Origin: Octopus bimaculoides
Lineage: Eukaryota
NCBI RefSeq assembly: GCF_001194135.2
Contig: NC_068989.1
Location: 15,859,054 to 15,895,723, forward strand
DNA: 36,670 bases
Direction of reading: 5' to 3'
Below are positions 1-11,135 of the stretch, one piece after another. The first letter of the stretch is position 1; every line of letters begins with the position of its first letter. The position numbers were made by a program, and so were the translations under genes. Under the pieces are notes generated by a model. The model did no database searches. It had not been told where the DNA came from and worked only from the letters and a program-made list of their open reading frames with translations.

Positions 1-11
1 GTTGATTCATT

Positions 12-57
<46 letters not shown>

Positions 58-80
58 CAGACAGATAGATAGATAGACAG
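12..80. repeat. (GATA)n/(GACA)n microsatellite
   Basis: Direct tandem tetranucleotide repeat. Confidence 0.97.
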
Positions 81-121
81 GTATGTATGCAAGTAAAAAA
101 ATATGTACGAAGATGGCCAGG

Positions 122-172
122 TGGTGAGTAGGTAGGTAGGCTGGTAGGTAGGTAGGTAGGTAGGTAGGTAGA
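122..172. repeat. (AGGT)n microsatellite
   Basis: Tandem AGGT units with one interruption. Confidence 0.93.
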
Positions 173-342
173 TGGAAACCTTTATTTTCATGAAATGAAC
201 TGCAGGATGTCTGATAGTGAATTAATTGAATAAGGAATGAAAATCCAATATCTAATTGAATTAAAGCATTGCTAGCAGTAATTGCAGAATAAATTTTCAT
301 GCTTTCCATAACACTACAGGCTCAATAGAGGGTAGTAAAGTG

Positions 343-367
343 TAGCAGCAACAGCAACAATAACAAT

Positions 368-435
<68 letters not shown>

Positions 436-457
436 GAGGAGGAGGAGGAGGAGGAGG
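343..457. repeat. Compound trinucleotide tract (GCA)n-(GTA)n-(GGA)n
   Basis: Direct reading of adjacent trinucleotide runs. Confidence 0.95.
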
Positions 458-916
458 CGATTGATTAAAGGCTGTTATTGCAGTTGTTGATAATAGTGGT
501 GATGGTGGACCTAGGAGGTAATTTTTCTTTGTTGTCCAAATTAATATGTGTAATGTGGGGTGGAAGGTAGATGGATAATTAATCGTGTAGATGTTGNNNN
601 NNNNNNNNNNNNNNNNNNNNNNNNNNNNNNNNNNNNNNNNNNNNNNNNNNNNNNNNNNNNNNNNNNNNNNNNNNNNNNNNNNNNNNNNNNNNNNNNNNNN
701 NNNNNNNNNNNNNNNNNNNNNNNNNNNNNNNNNNNNNNNNNNNNNNNNNNNNNNNNNNNNNNNNNNNNNNNNNNNNNNNNNNNNNNNNNNNNNNNNNNNN
801 NNNNNNNNNNNNNNNNNNNNNNNNNNNNNNNNNNNNNNNNNNNNNNNNNNNNNNNNNNNNNNNNNNNNNNNNNNNNNNNNNNNNNNNNNNNNNNNNNNNN
901 NNNNNNNNNNNNNNNN

Positions 917-1039
917 GACGGCAGCGGAGGCGGCAGCGGCAGCGGCGGTGATGGTGGGATGATGTTGATGGAAATGGTTGTGTTGGTTGAATCCGTTGGT
1001 GGTGCTTGTTACTCTTCGTGGTAACAGTTTTTGCATTGG

Positions 1040-1070
<31 letters not shown>

Positions 1071-1121
1071 AGGATGCTGGTGACAGGAGTGTGAGGAATG
1101 GTCGAGGAAGTGACGGTGATA

Positions 1122-1157
<36 letters not shown>

Positions 1158-1253
1158 GCATTGATAGTGATGCTAGTGACAATTACAGATGGTTGTGCTG
1201 GTGCTGGTGCTGGTGATGACACGTGTTACTATATGTGGTGTCGGTGATGGTGG
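917..1253. repeat. Low-complexity (GAT)n/(GGT)n/(GCG)n-rich tract
   Basis: Two pure (GAT)n runs (about 1040-1070 and 1121-1157) in degenerate GGT/GAT/GCG sequence. Confidence 0.85.
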
Positions 1254-1923
1254 TTGGCGTGTTTATAGAATTAATGCGTATACGTAGGTATGTGTGCGTG
1301 TAGGTGAAAGACAGAAAACAGAGCCAGTGGATGAGCTTAAGTTAGCCAATGCGATAAAACGTCTCTCGGTTCAATATTCACTTACGACAGTACAGTGCTA
1401 TTCTCATGTCTAAGACAATTAATTCAAGTTGAATCATTGCTGCAGTTAGTTATCAATCTATAGCATGTAAATAGATGCAGTACGCTGACCTCGTGCAAAT
1501 GAGCGGTGTGCTCACTGCCTAATTGGTTCCTGAAACTTGCATAAAGCTGCAAAACTTGTCGATCTGTTTTGATTGGACTTAGTACATGCCTGCAACCTGC
1601 ATGAGCTGTACTCATCGATTTTCTGTGACACAACAGAACAAAATTAGACACCGTGGGTATTTGAGAGAGAGAGAGAGAGGGGGCGGAAACGGAGGGAGAA
1701 GTTGAGAGGGAGATAGAGAGAGAGAGAGTATGTGTGTTGGAGTTTATGGGTGTGTGTCGGCGTGCGTATGCAGAATTGAGTTTCTACAGGAAGACACTTT
1801 TCTGTTAAGAAAAATATAATTTAACATTTTATAACTTTTCCATCGCAAAGTTCTTAAGTCAAAGTTTTTAATTTTACTATTTACTAGTACAGATCGTTGC
1901 ATGGACACAGTTTCTTCCCGCAG

Positions 1924-2032
1924 ACTAAATAATCTATAGCTAATTAATTTTGGAAATTAAAGTTTCTTTTTAAAACTAAGGTTTTAAAACAAACTTTAAT
2001 TTCCAAAATTAATTAGTTATATATTGTTTAGT
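1924..2032. mobile_element. Palindromic foldback/MITE-like element, copy 1
   Basis: Perfect 26-bp inverted arms CTAATTAATTTTGGAAATTAAAGTTT (1940-1965) and its reverse complement (1991-2016), extending imperfectly inward to a TAAG loop and outward; second copy at 2618-2738. Confidence 0.7.
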
Positions 2033-2034
2033 GT

Positions 2035-2120
2035 TGATGAAGTAGGTGAGATGCGATTTGAGGGAGATTTGACTGCTAACTCTAGTACATCGAGTGTCCA
2101 CGTAGAGTTCCAATATTAGC
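2035..2120 (-). repeat. Degenerate dispersed-repeat fragment (CTAGAAATAGCAGCCAAATCTCCCTCAAATC-like motif)
   Basis: Reverse complement reads ...CTCGATGTACTAGAGTTAGCAGTCAAATCTCCCTCAAATCGC; similar motifs at about 18850-18930, 19470-19630 and 32885-32910. Confidence 0.5.
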
Positions 2121-2617
2121 TCATAGTTATAGTACTGGTGTTCTGTTGAGAAATATATGTGTTTGAGTGTTGTTACGATGTGAAAACAGGGTTTTCAAGG
2201 GCTCAAGTTTACATTATAATAAACTGTATCCTACGAACAGCCAAGGTAAATTTTAGTAATTTGTTTCGTTCTGTGAGTGATATATGGATATAGACGATAT
2301 ACGACTTGTGTTGGTGTTTTGTGTTATTTTATAGTACATACTGGTAGCGGAAGAAGGGTCGGAAAAATCTATGATTAAACGTATTTCTTGTCTGTATACC
2401 ATTATTGCGCCACCCGTGAGCTATAACAATTCTAAACATTAGGCTTACATGACAATTTTTAAAATATGGTGTTAATTAAAGTCGGATCTGTGAAAAAGAA
2501 AGGCACTTTTTTTGGAGAAAAATAATTAATTTGTAACTTTTTTTTTTTTGCAAAGCTTAACAGTTTTAATTATACTAGCACAGTTTGTTGTAAGGATACA
2601 ACTATCTTTCTCAGAGG

Positions 2618-2738
2618 ACTAATAAACAATATATATCTAATTAATTTGGAAAATTAAAGTTTATTTTTAAAACTAAGTCTTACTGAGAAACTAAGAAACT
2701 TTAATTTCCAAATTTAATTAGGCGTAGATTGTTTCGTC
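2618..2738. mobile_element. Palindromic foldback/MITE-like element, copy 2
   Basis: Inverted arms AAACAATATATATCTAATTAATTTGGAAAATTAAAGTTT / AAACTTTAATTTCCAAATTTAATTAGGCGTAGATTGTTT; homologous to 1924-2032. Confidence 0.7.
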
Positions 2739-3320
2739 TAGAACAAGTAACTGTGCCCAAGGCTTTATTTAGCCTTCCTAGACCGCTATTATTAATGTCG
2801 TTAATGTTTGTCTAGAAAAGTAGTAAATTGACGCTTCAGGAAAAATATTTGCAGTAGGGCACGACGCTGTGGGAAATAAGTATTGCGTTGAGCAGTTGGT
2901 GCAGAGCCTGACGAAAGTGGGAGGGATTGAGTTTGAAGAATCTGAGCAAAAATGAGTCAATTCCAATTAGCTGGGGCCGCTGTTGTATCAATACCAAGGA
3001 CTGAGAGAAGATATATGTGTTTGTGTGACACGGATTGTGTTTCTGACTGCATGGCTGATGAGTAGTGTGGCCTTTTTTGCATATCCCGTAAGATATATTT
3101 GTGTAACAGCAGCAACGTTGCATTTCTGGTTGTCTTTGTAGAAGCCAGTCTTTGTGATGCGTCTTGGCTTGCTATGTTAGGGATGCACATTCGACGGGAA
3201 AGAAGTTCACTGATGATGCTATTTTTAATTTGAATGGATTGGTAGGTTTCTCTTTGCATGTAGTCCATGCTTAAGCATATGTGTGTGCATATATACGTGA
3301 GTGTCTATGTGTGTGTGTGT

Positions 3321-3646
3321 GGAGGCGCAATGGCCCAGTGGTTAGGGCAGCAGACTCGCGGTCATAGGATCGCGGTTTCGATTCCCAGACCGGGCGTTGC
3401 GAGCGTTTATTGAGCGAAAACACCTAAAGCTCCACGAGGCTCCGGCAGGGGATGGTGGCGAACCCTGCTGTACTCTTCCACCACAACTTTCGCTCACTCT
3501 TACTTCCTGTTTCTGTTTTGCCTGTAATTCAAAGGGTCAGCCTTGTCACATTCTGTATCACGCTGAATATCCCCGAGAACTACGTTAAGGGTACACGTGT
3601 CTGTGGAGTGCTCAGCCACTTGAACGTTAATTTCACGAGCAGGCTG
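3321..3646 (+). mobile_element. tRNA-derived SINE, family A (3' end lost in assembly gap)
   Basis: tRNA-like head with Pol III A box (TGGCCCAGTGG) and B box (GGTTTCGATTCCC); highly similar by eye to the reverse complement of 9311-9694. Confidence 0.92.
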
Positions 3647-3837
3647 NNNNNNNNNNNNNNNNNNNNNNNNNNNNNNNNNNNNNNNNNNNNNNNNNNNNNN
3701 NNNNNNNNNNNNNNNNNNNNNNNNNNNNNNNNNNNNNNNNNNNNNNNNNNNNNNNNNNNNNNNNNNNNNNNNNNNNNNNNNNNNNNNNNNNNNNNNNNNN
3801 NNNNNNNNNNNNNNNNNTATATATATATATATATATA

Positions 3838-3849
3838 TATATCCATACA

Positions 3850-3880
<31 letters not shown>

Positions 3881-3892
3881 CATACATATGAA

Positions 3893-3936
<44 letters not shown>
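3838..3936. repeat. (TA)n and (TG)n microsatellites
   Basis: Direct dinucleotide runs next to the gap. Confidence 0.93.
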
Positions 3937-3940
<4 letters not shown>

Positions 3941-4325
3941 AGTAGTATAAGATGTGGATTCAGAGAATCGTGCGTCTATCACAGAAAGCTTCTCTAACGG
4001 GCTCGGCTATCAGTGTACATCGTAATCGATTAGAAAAATGTGTATTGTAGAGTGTCCACGTAACTACAAATCCAGATGACCCGACTGACGCAATTATTTC
4101 ATATGAAACCATATAGTCAGGAGCTTTGAAAGCGAGATGTATATTTATTTAACCATTTGACTTCCTTAGAGTTACAGCCGTTTCGCAACCTTCTTCGTGA
4201 AGCGTTAATTTCAGTACGGAAGAAATTAATACTACACGAAGATGGCGAAGTACCGTAACCCTACTGAAGTTATGAATCTAAATAAGTATATATTCACCTT
4301 TCATACCTTCTGATTTTATGTTTGC

Positions 4326-4357
<32 letters not shown>

Positions 4358-4883
4358 GAGTGGTTATGCCATTTACTCCACGAGTTATCTTTACGGGTTG
4401 CTGCAAAAAGGTATGTGTAAATTGAGGAAAATACATTTTAATACTCTCAATGAGAAACAAACATCATTGAGATAGGAATAAAACTACCATCTGTGTTTGT
4501 GTGTGTGTGTGTGTGTGTGTTTATGTTTACACTAGTATAAGAACTGTTACAGTTTAAGTTACGTTGTTCAACCACATTTCCGACTGGTTCGAAAACAGTT
4601 ACCGCATTACAGCTTTAAACCGTTGTAGTTCGATCTTAGCTGCTTTGAATCTGCTAAATTTTTTACTTTTTTGTTCTTGACATGGAAGATTCGGCCAGCT
4701 TTTTATTCCAGAATAGATTGGTTTTATCTACATTAAATATTTAGAACATTCTATTATTTTAACTAAATGTGACACAAATCATTGTTCAATGTCTTTATCG
4801 CTTGATCCACTTGAGTTAAGCTATTTAACACAAGGGAGACAGCTTGGATTTTGAAATTTCCTAAGCCACCACTTCTTTAATTT

Positions 4884-5149
4884 GTCGTGGCACTCCGTCG
4901 GTTACGATGAGGAGGATTCCAGTTGATCCGATCAACGGAACAGCATGCTCGTAAAATTAACGTGCAAGTGGCTGAGCACTCCACAGACACATGTACTCAT
5001 AACGTAGCTCTCGGGAGATTCAGCGTGACACAGAGTGTGACAAGGCTAGCCCTTTGAAATACAGGTGCAACAGAAACAGGAAGAAAGAGTGAGAGAAAGT
5101 TGTGGTGAAAGAATACAGCAGGGTTCGCCACCACCTCCTGTCGGAACCT
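4884..5149 (-). mobile_element. SINE family A, 5'-truncated copy
   Basis: Matches the 3' two-thirds of 9311-9694 (GGCACTCCGTCG...GATCCGATCAACGGAACAGC...GCAGGGTTCGCCACC); tRNA head absent. Confidence 0.9.
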
Positions 5150-5683
5150 GTTAATCAAATTTCGATCACAAGGAATGGTGTAACCAAGGCTACTAGAAAT
5201 TACATTTCTCGAGATACCACACAGTAGAATCGATCGCAAGACCTCATGGATACAAAGCAAATTTCACAGCTATTCGACTAGCATGAACGGAATTTTTACA
5301 CATACAACTTACTATCTGGCTTCAAACTCTAGAATTTCCCATATCTCTTGCGTAAAATAGTTCATAGTTCACAGAAAACAGATCAATATTTACGACTGAA
5401 GGGATTATCCTGTACATAAATGTTACGATGTAGAGAATGGTATTTTCCGTGTTAGCCTATTATCGTTATATGCTTTGGTGTGTAACCCACAGAAACCTAG
5501 GTTACAGATTTCATAAATTTCATTAACGAACAAGCAAAGTTAAGTCATAATGTATCTTAGTAGTTCAACTGACCTCAGTTTCTGTATAGTACTTGTAGAA
5601 TACAATTGTATAGTTGAGGTTTTAAATTTTCGCCGTAATTTTGCGTAAAAACGCGGCCCAGAATAAAATAATAATAATAATAA

Positions 5684-6860
5684 TATAAAGCAGCTTTAAA
5701 ACAAAAATTTGTAGAAGTTACTGAAAAGACAGATAACTGTGTTGCGGGAAGAGAATTTTGTGTTTTGACAAACTGGAGATTGACATCGAACAAACTTCCG
5801 AAACACTAAAACGAGAATTCACTAACAGGGACAAACCAAGCAAGCATTCAAAATTGTAGAAAATATTGTAGAATGGGCACTTGAAAATCTTCAAAACGGA
5901 AATTGTGTTACTCCATTCTCGAAGAGAAACAGAAGGCTGGAATTTCAGATCTTAAAGTAAGCGATAAGTGGTGCGTTAGGTTCATGAGACGTTGTGACTT
6001 AATATTTGCGAAGAGAAGATTGCGCAAAAGTTGCCTGATAATCTAGATGATAAGATGGTGTGGTTTCATTAGTTTGTAATTAGAAGTCGGCAGAAGAAAG
6101 ATTCCGAGTTATCATGTATTGGGAAAATGGACAGAATCCCTATTACTCTTCAAATGCCAGAGAATCCAAGGGCGAATTAATAAGGAGAGAAGACAAAATT
6201 AATGAGAGTCACTCGCCACAGAAAAAGATGGATTACTTTGATTTCTTTTCATATGGTTAATTGTACTAGTTTAAAACCGATGGTTGCTTTAAACGAAAAA
6301 AAAAAGCAAAGACTCTACTAAAGGAGAAATTTCCTAAAAGGATTGTGAAACATATGCTGTCACAAAGCTAGATAAATGAGGGTGGATGTAGAAAATGGAT
6401 AAAAGAAGTTTGGAATTTACAACCTGGTGGTCTATTAAGGAAAAGAGCTAGCTTGTCAGGGATTAATTTATAGTAAATCTAGTGAAGAATATTGTTGATA
6501 ATCTTTGATCAGAAAATACTGACATAACTGTAAGTGAAAGCGAACTTACAAGTGCTTTGCTGCCATTTGATGTTTGGATCAATAAACTATTTAAGGACTT
6601 GATGAAAATCGGATGGAATAACTGGGTGCGTGATGAAAGAAAAAAATCACACACTAAAAGAGGCTGTATGAAGGTACTATCACAACCTCTGGTTTGTGAA
6701 AGGATCGTTGATGCATGAAGGGAAATAAGAAATATATACTGAAACTACTCCCTATTCTACAAATGTGGAATTTCGAACGGATGAGACAGAAGGCGATTAA
6801 CTATTGGATGACAGGAAGGAAGAAGTGGACGATATACTATGAACAGTGAAGACGATCTTT
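5684..6860 (+). pseudogene. Decayed pogo/Tigger-type DNA transposase (BrkDBD-like, CENP-B-type HTH, DDE_1), POGK-like architecture
   Basis: Manual translation of pieces: YKAALKQKFVEVTEKTDNCVAGREFCV (Brinker-type DBD), KWCVRFMRRCDL (HTH), AQKLPDNLDDKMVWFH, CIGKMDRIPI (IGNMDETP-like), KWIKEVWNLQPGGLLRKR, LTSALLPFDVWINKLFKDLMK (LQPLDV..NKPFK-like), KCGISN, acidic tail; many stops and frameshifts. Confidence 0.88.
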
Positions 6861-8763
6861 ACGATAATATTAATTTTGTGGGATATTGCGTTTGAATTGT
6901 TTACAATGTACCACGTGATTGTGATTTGGAGCTGTATTAAACATCTACTTCACTTTTTATATGTGAAAATAAAAGATTTCTGCTTCATTTTTCTTTCTGT
7001 TTTCATTATTTCTTTTTGTTTTATATTTTATGACCTTAAACTGCATTGAATTTATTGAAAATAATAATGCAAATAAGAACAGGAGAATCACTAAGAATCG
7101 CCAATCCAGCCTCGAAGAAGAAAATGTTTTCAAAGAAGATTATTGTTTGTGTGAATAGTGATATATTTTTACGTCTTTTATCAAATCTTGATATCTAAAT
7201 CTTTAAGCTTCAATGACCGTGGCTGTTATTTTAACCTCGAATATAAAACTAATGTGCTTGGGACGTTGTGATATGAAACGCACCGAATCGATGATTCTAA
7301 ATATGCCAATAGCCAAGTCATGTGCATAATTTTATGGTTGTAGCTAATATACAATGACCATGAGGTGTAAATTGATTTCACTCAGCTATTCTGGTGAGTG
7401 ATGGATGCCAATAAATGAGCAAGTATAGATGTTTATAAGAGCAACACGGCGTTAATTATGGTTGTTGTTACTTAATGTGCTGTGTGTTTTGTTCCATAAA
7501 ATCGGTATTATTACTGTAATTTATGGTCATGTTTCCTTATTCGTTCAGGGATTATTTGGATTTGTGTTACTTATAACGTATTTAGGATTCAGCCTCTCAA
7601 AAGAAGTATACGTGTAATTGTGGATTCCCGTAAATTTAATCTTAAAAATGGATTGCAAAATTCAATTATTACAGAAGTATATATGTAAACCTCCCAATGG
7701 TTTCAAATCACATGTTAGGATATACTGAACGGAATAAGCTTAGATTATGATCACCAAAATTTTAGTGATTTCAAATTTACTTTTCTTATGTATTAGCGCC
7801 ATGGATAGTTAACAAATTATATTCAAAACACCATAATTTCTTAGTTCTTATCTCTACAACGAAAGCTTTAACGTGGATCAAAATGCGTTAACTTAAAAAA
7901 CATATTTGCAGTGAAAATATAAGGTGTGAAGTAATGGGGAAAAAACATCAAGTTTTTGAAGAAAATTATTAAGATCTACTGTTTTGTACTGAATCGCTTT
8001 TTAGGGGTTATCTTATCCATATGTATGTGAGTGTATGAATCTGCGTGTATATATATTCTGTGAGAATGGAATAAGCAGCGCAAAAGCACACGCGAAGGCG
8101 GAAAATGTCGCTGAGGAGGTGTGACGAAAGATTTCTGGAGTTAGAATAAGAACAGTAATAAACGAGTGAAGAGCGAATATTTAGTGAGTGTGTTTATTTG
8201 GCAAAAAGAAATGACTTCCCGAAATACAACANNNNNNNNNNNNNNNNNNNNNNNNNNNNNNNNNNNNNNNNNNNNNNNNNNNNNNNNNNNNNNNNNNNNN
8301 NNNNNNNNNNNNNNNNNNNNNNNNNNNNNNNNNNNNNNNNNNNNNNNNNNNNNNNNNNNNNNNNNNNNNNNNNNNNNNNNNNNNNNNNNNNNNNNNNNNN
8401 NNNNTATATATATATATATATATATTCGTCCTATATATATATAAATCAAAATAAGCAACAAGGATATTCAAGGTTACTGGAGTACGTTCGTTTCATGAGA
8501 CTCCATTTATTTAAGCAATGTGAGCATTACATTAAATGTAAAATGCAGAGCAATCTTGTATGGTCTGGTTAAATCAAAATGTTTTTTTGTATTCTTCCTT
8601 CCCACTTGGAGTGTTTAAATGTAGTTACAACAATATGTCCTTCTACTGAAATGAAATTTCAGTAAATTTTCTGTATCTTACATGTACTTCTTTACCTGCT
8701 CAAGTTCAAATCTCTTGAGCACTACGAAGTATATTCTATACAGAGAATACCTGTCTATAACCC

Positions 8764-8788
8764 ATCTATCTATCTATCTATCTATCTA

Positions 8789-8833
<45 letters not shown>

Positions 8834-8847
8834 TGTATGTATGTATG

Positions 8848-8886
<39 letters not shown>
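8764..8886. repeat. Compound microsatellite (CTAT)n-(TA)n-(TATG)n-(TG)n
   Basis: Direct reading. Confidence 0.95.
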
Positions 8887-8891
8887 ATTTA

Positions 8892-9057
8892 TACACGCGG
8901 TCTGACCAATAAGTATCCGGACTGTTGCCATAGTAACAAAGCTAAAAGCACGCAGAGTAAAGCCGCTTGGCACAGATTGACCTTAAACTCTGCTGTACAT
9001 ACGCACTGTGTTTTAACGTCCTAGCTCACTTCCGCTGTTCACAGTAGTCCTTGGACG
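8892..9057 (+). mobile_element. Tc1/mariner-type transposon 5' terminal fragment
   Basis: Starts TA-CACGCGGTCTGACCAATAAGTATCCGGACTG, resembling mariner TIRs of the TACGAGGTCTG.TCAATAAGTATCCGG type (recalled); no partner TIR or transposase ORF seen. Confidence 0.6.
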
Positions 9058-9310
9058 AATAATGGGGTGATTTATTTTAGAATGGAAGTATCAGAATCAC
9101 CAAAATTTCTGGTTTCTTACTTTATTTTTGTTCTCACAATGCCACATACCAAATTTCGACAAACAATGAGATTATGTTTATTAAAAGACACAATCTACGA
9201 CTGAATAACCATAAACAACAAATCGAACAGAAACATTGCACATTTCTTTACTTCCCATTCTCACTCACAAATACACTGAGAATGTACACAATTTATTGTC
9301 ACTCACATAT

Positions 9311-9694
9311 TGTTGTTGGCACTCCGTCGCTTACGACGATGAGGGTTCCAGTTGATCCGATCAACGGAACAGCCTGCTCGTGAAATTAACGTGCAAGTGG
9401 CTGAGCACTCCACAGAGACGTGTACCCTTAACGTAATTCTTGGGAATATTCAGCGTGACGTAGTGTGACAAAGCTGACCCTTTGAATTACAGGCACAACA
9501 GAAACAGGAAGTAAGAGTGAGAGAAAGTTGTGGTGAAAGAGTACAGCAGGGTTCAATCACCATCCCCTGTCGGAGCCTCGTGGAGCTTTAGGTGTTTTCG
9601 CTCAATAAACACTCACAACGCCCGGTCTGGGAATCGAAACCACGACCCTATGACCGCGAGTCCGCTGCCCTAACCACTGGGCCATTGCGCCTCC
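9311..9694 (-). mobile_element. tRNA-derived SINE family A, full-length, with short (CAA)n tail
   Basis: Reverse complement starts GGAGGCGCAATGGCCCAGTGGTTAGGGCAGCGGACTCGCGGTC with a B box, and ends ...GACGGAGTGCCAACAACA; two other copies in window. Confidence 0.93.
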
Positions 9695-10293
9695 ACCACT
9701 CACATATAACCTAGTGAAAACAAGTAAGCTATTTTCTATTTCTAACTATTCTGATAACCTGTAGCTCATATTATGGTATGACACATTCACTGGATTAACA
9801 CATCCTTAACCTTTGGCGCAATTAACAATTATACTGTCACGTATGCTAACACGTAGATATAACGTGCAATTGTTATCCATGCTGCCACATAACACGGTCC
9901 CTGGGCCAATAAATTCTAAACTGGAATTGGAAGTGGTTACCTTTTGACCTTGTGACCAGCTTCAACAAACCAAACTATCTCAGTTGATGGCAATATAATC
10001 CATAATCTCTCCCTCAACGACAGCAAATATTCAAAATCCAATAAGATTCGAAACAAATACGGCATAACTTCAGGCTCCTCGATCTCATCATACTTTTGAA
10101 AAATCATGAAACTGTAGAAGTGGTTAAGTAAACGTAAGTAAATCCGTTTGAAAAGTACAAACGCATTTTAAAATTATTTTCTTCTCTCTCTCTTATGAGA
10201 GCTTTCTATATTAATTTGTAAAACTAGGAGCCACGTCAGTTCGAACTGGAATCTACGCACATAAATACTGTTTTAATATAAGTAGACTTCAAG

Positions 10294-10500
10294 TCGGCGA
10301 GCTGGCAGTAACGTTAGCACGTCGGGCGAAATGCTTAACAGTATCTCGTCTGTCTTTATGTTCTGAGTTCAAATTCCACCGAGGTCGACTTTGTCTTTCA
10401 TCCTTTCGAGGTCGGTAAATCAAGTACCAGTTGCGTACTGTGGTCGATCTAATCGACTGGCCCCTTCCCCAAAATTTCTTGCCTAGAGTAGAAAAGAATA
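10294..10500 (+). mobile_element. tRNA-derived SINE family B (Meta-domain-like core), tail variant 2
   Basis: Head GGCGAGCTGGCAG, B box GTTCAAATTC, core GTCGACTTTGTCTTTCATCCTTTCGAGGTCGGTAAATCAAGTACCAG resembling the MetaSINE domain (recalled). Confidence 0.88.
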
Positions 10501-10597
10501 TATGTAGACATTTTCTTTGTATAAAAAATATTTTCTTAGTCCTTTCCTGTATAAGTTAGACCAACTTTTTATCGGCTACACGTAAATTTCATCTTTT

Positions 10598-10676
<79 letters not shown>

Positions 10677-10682
10677 CGCACA
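10598..10682. repeat. (CA)n-(TA)n microsatellite
   Basis: Direct reading. Confidence 0.95.
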
Positions 10683-10989
10683 CATATATGGGGAGAGCAT
10701 TGTACTTTGCTTGAAGCATTGTGATTTGTGATACAGAAATAAGATAGCAAATAGTGAAAAACGGGGAGCTTCTAAGAAAGCGAAAAAAAAGTTTAGTAAG
10801 TTTCATATATTTCATGCACAAAAGCCTATCATCATAAGTGAACGGCTTACGGCAATCAAGATCTGCATGAACTTACATTTCTGTGAGCTGTTCACTTCTG
10901 ACGATGGACCTTTGTGTCTGAAATAGATAAAGGTTACTTAACTTTCCCTTTAGCTTTGTTAGAAGCTTTCCTTCTTCCTTATTTGTTAT

Positions 10990-11135
<146 letters not shown>

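Noticed and set aside
314-1222. 302-aa minus-strand ORF with poly-Ser/Ala/Pro/Thr/Ile tracts
   Set aside because: One third is N-gap, so frame continuity is unknown. The flanks are trinucleotide repeats that lack stops by construction, the poly-Ile tract is atypical and there is no good start or acceptor. A low-complexity exon is not fully excluded.
3321-3395. tRNA-like sequences (also the heads of the other SINEs)
   Set aside because: A and B boxes are present but there is no complete cloverleaf, and each is followed by a conserved SINE body; these are SINE heads, not tRNA genes.
3452-3982. ORFs over the SINE, gap and (TA)/(TG) repeats
   Set aside because: Translations of SINE and microsatellite sequence plus X runs.
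7700-7992. Possible DNA-transposon end (...TTTTTAGGGGTTA)
   Set aside because: No partner terminus or TSD found.
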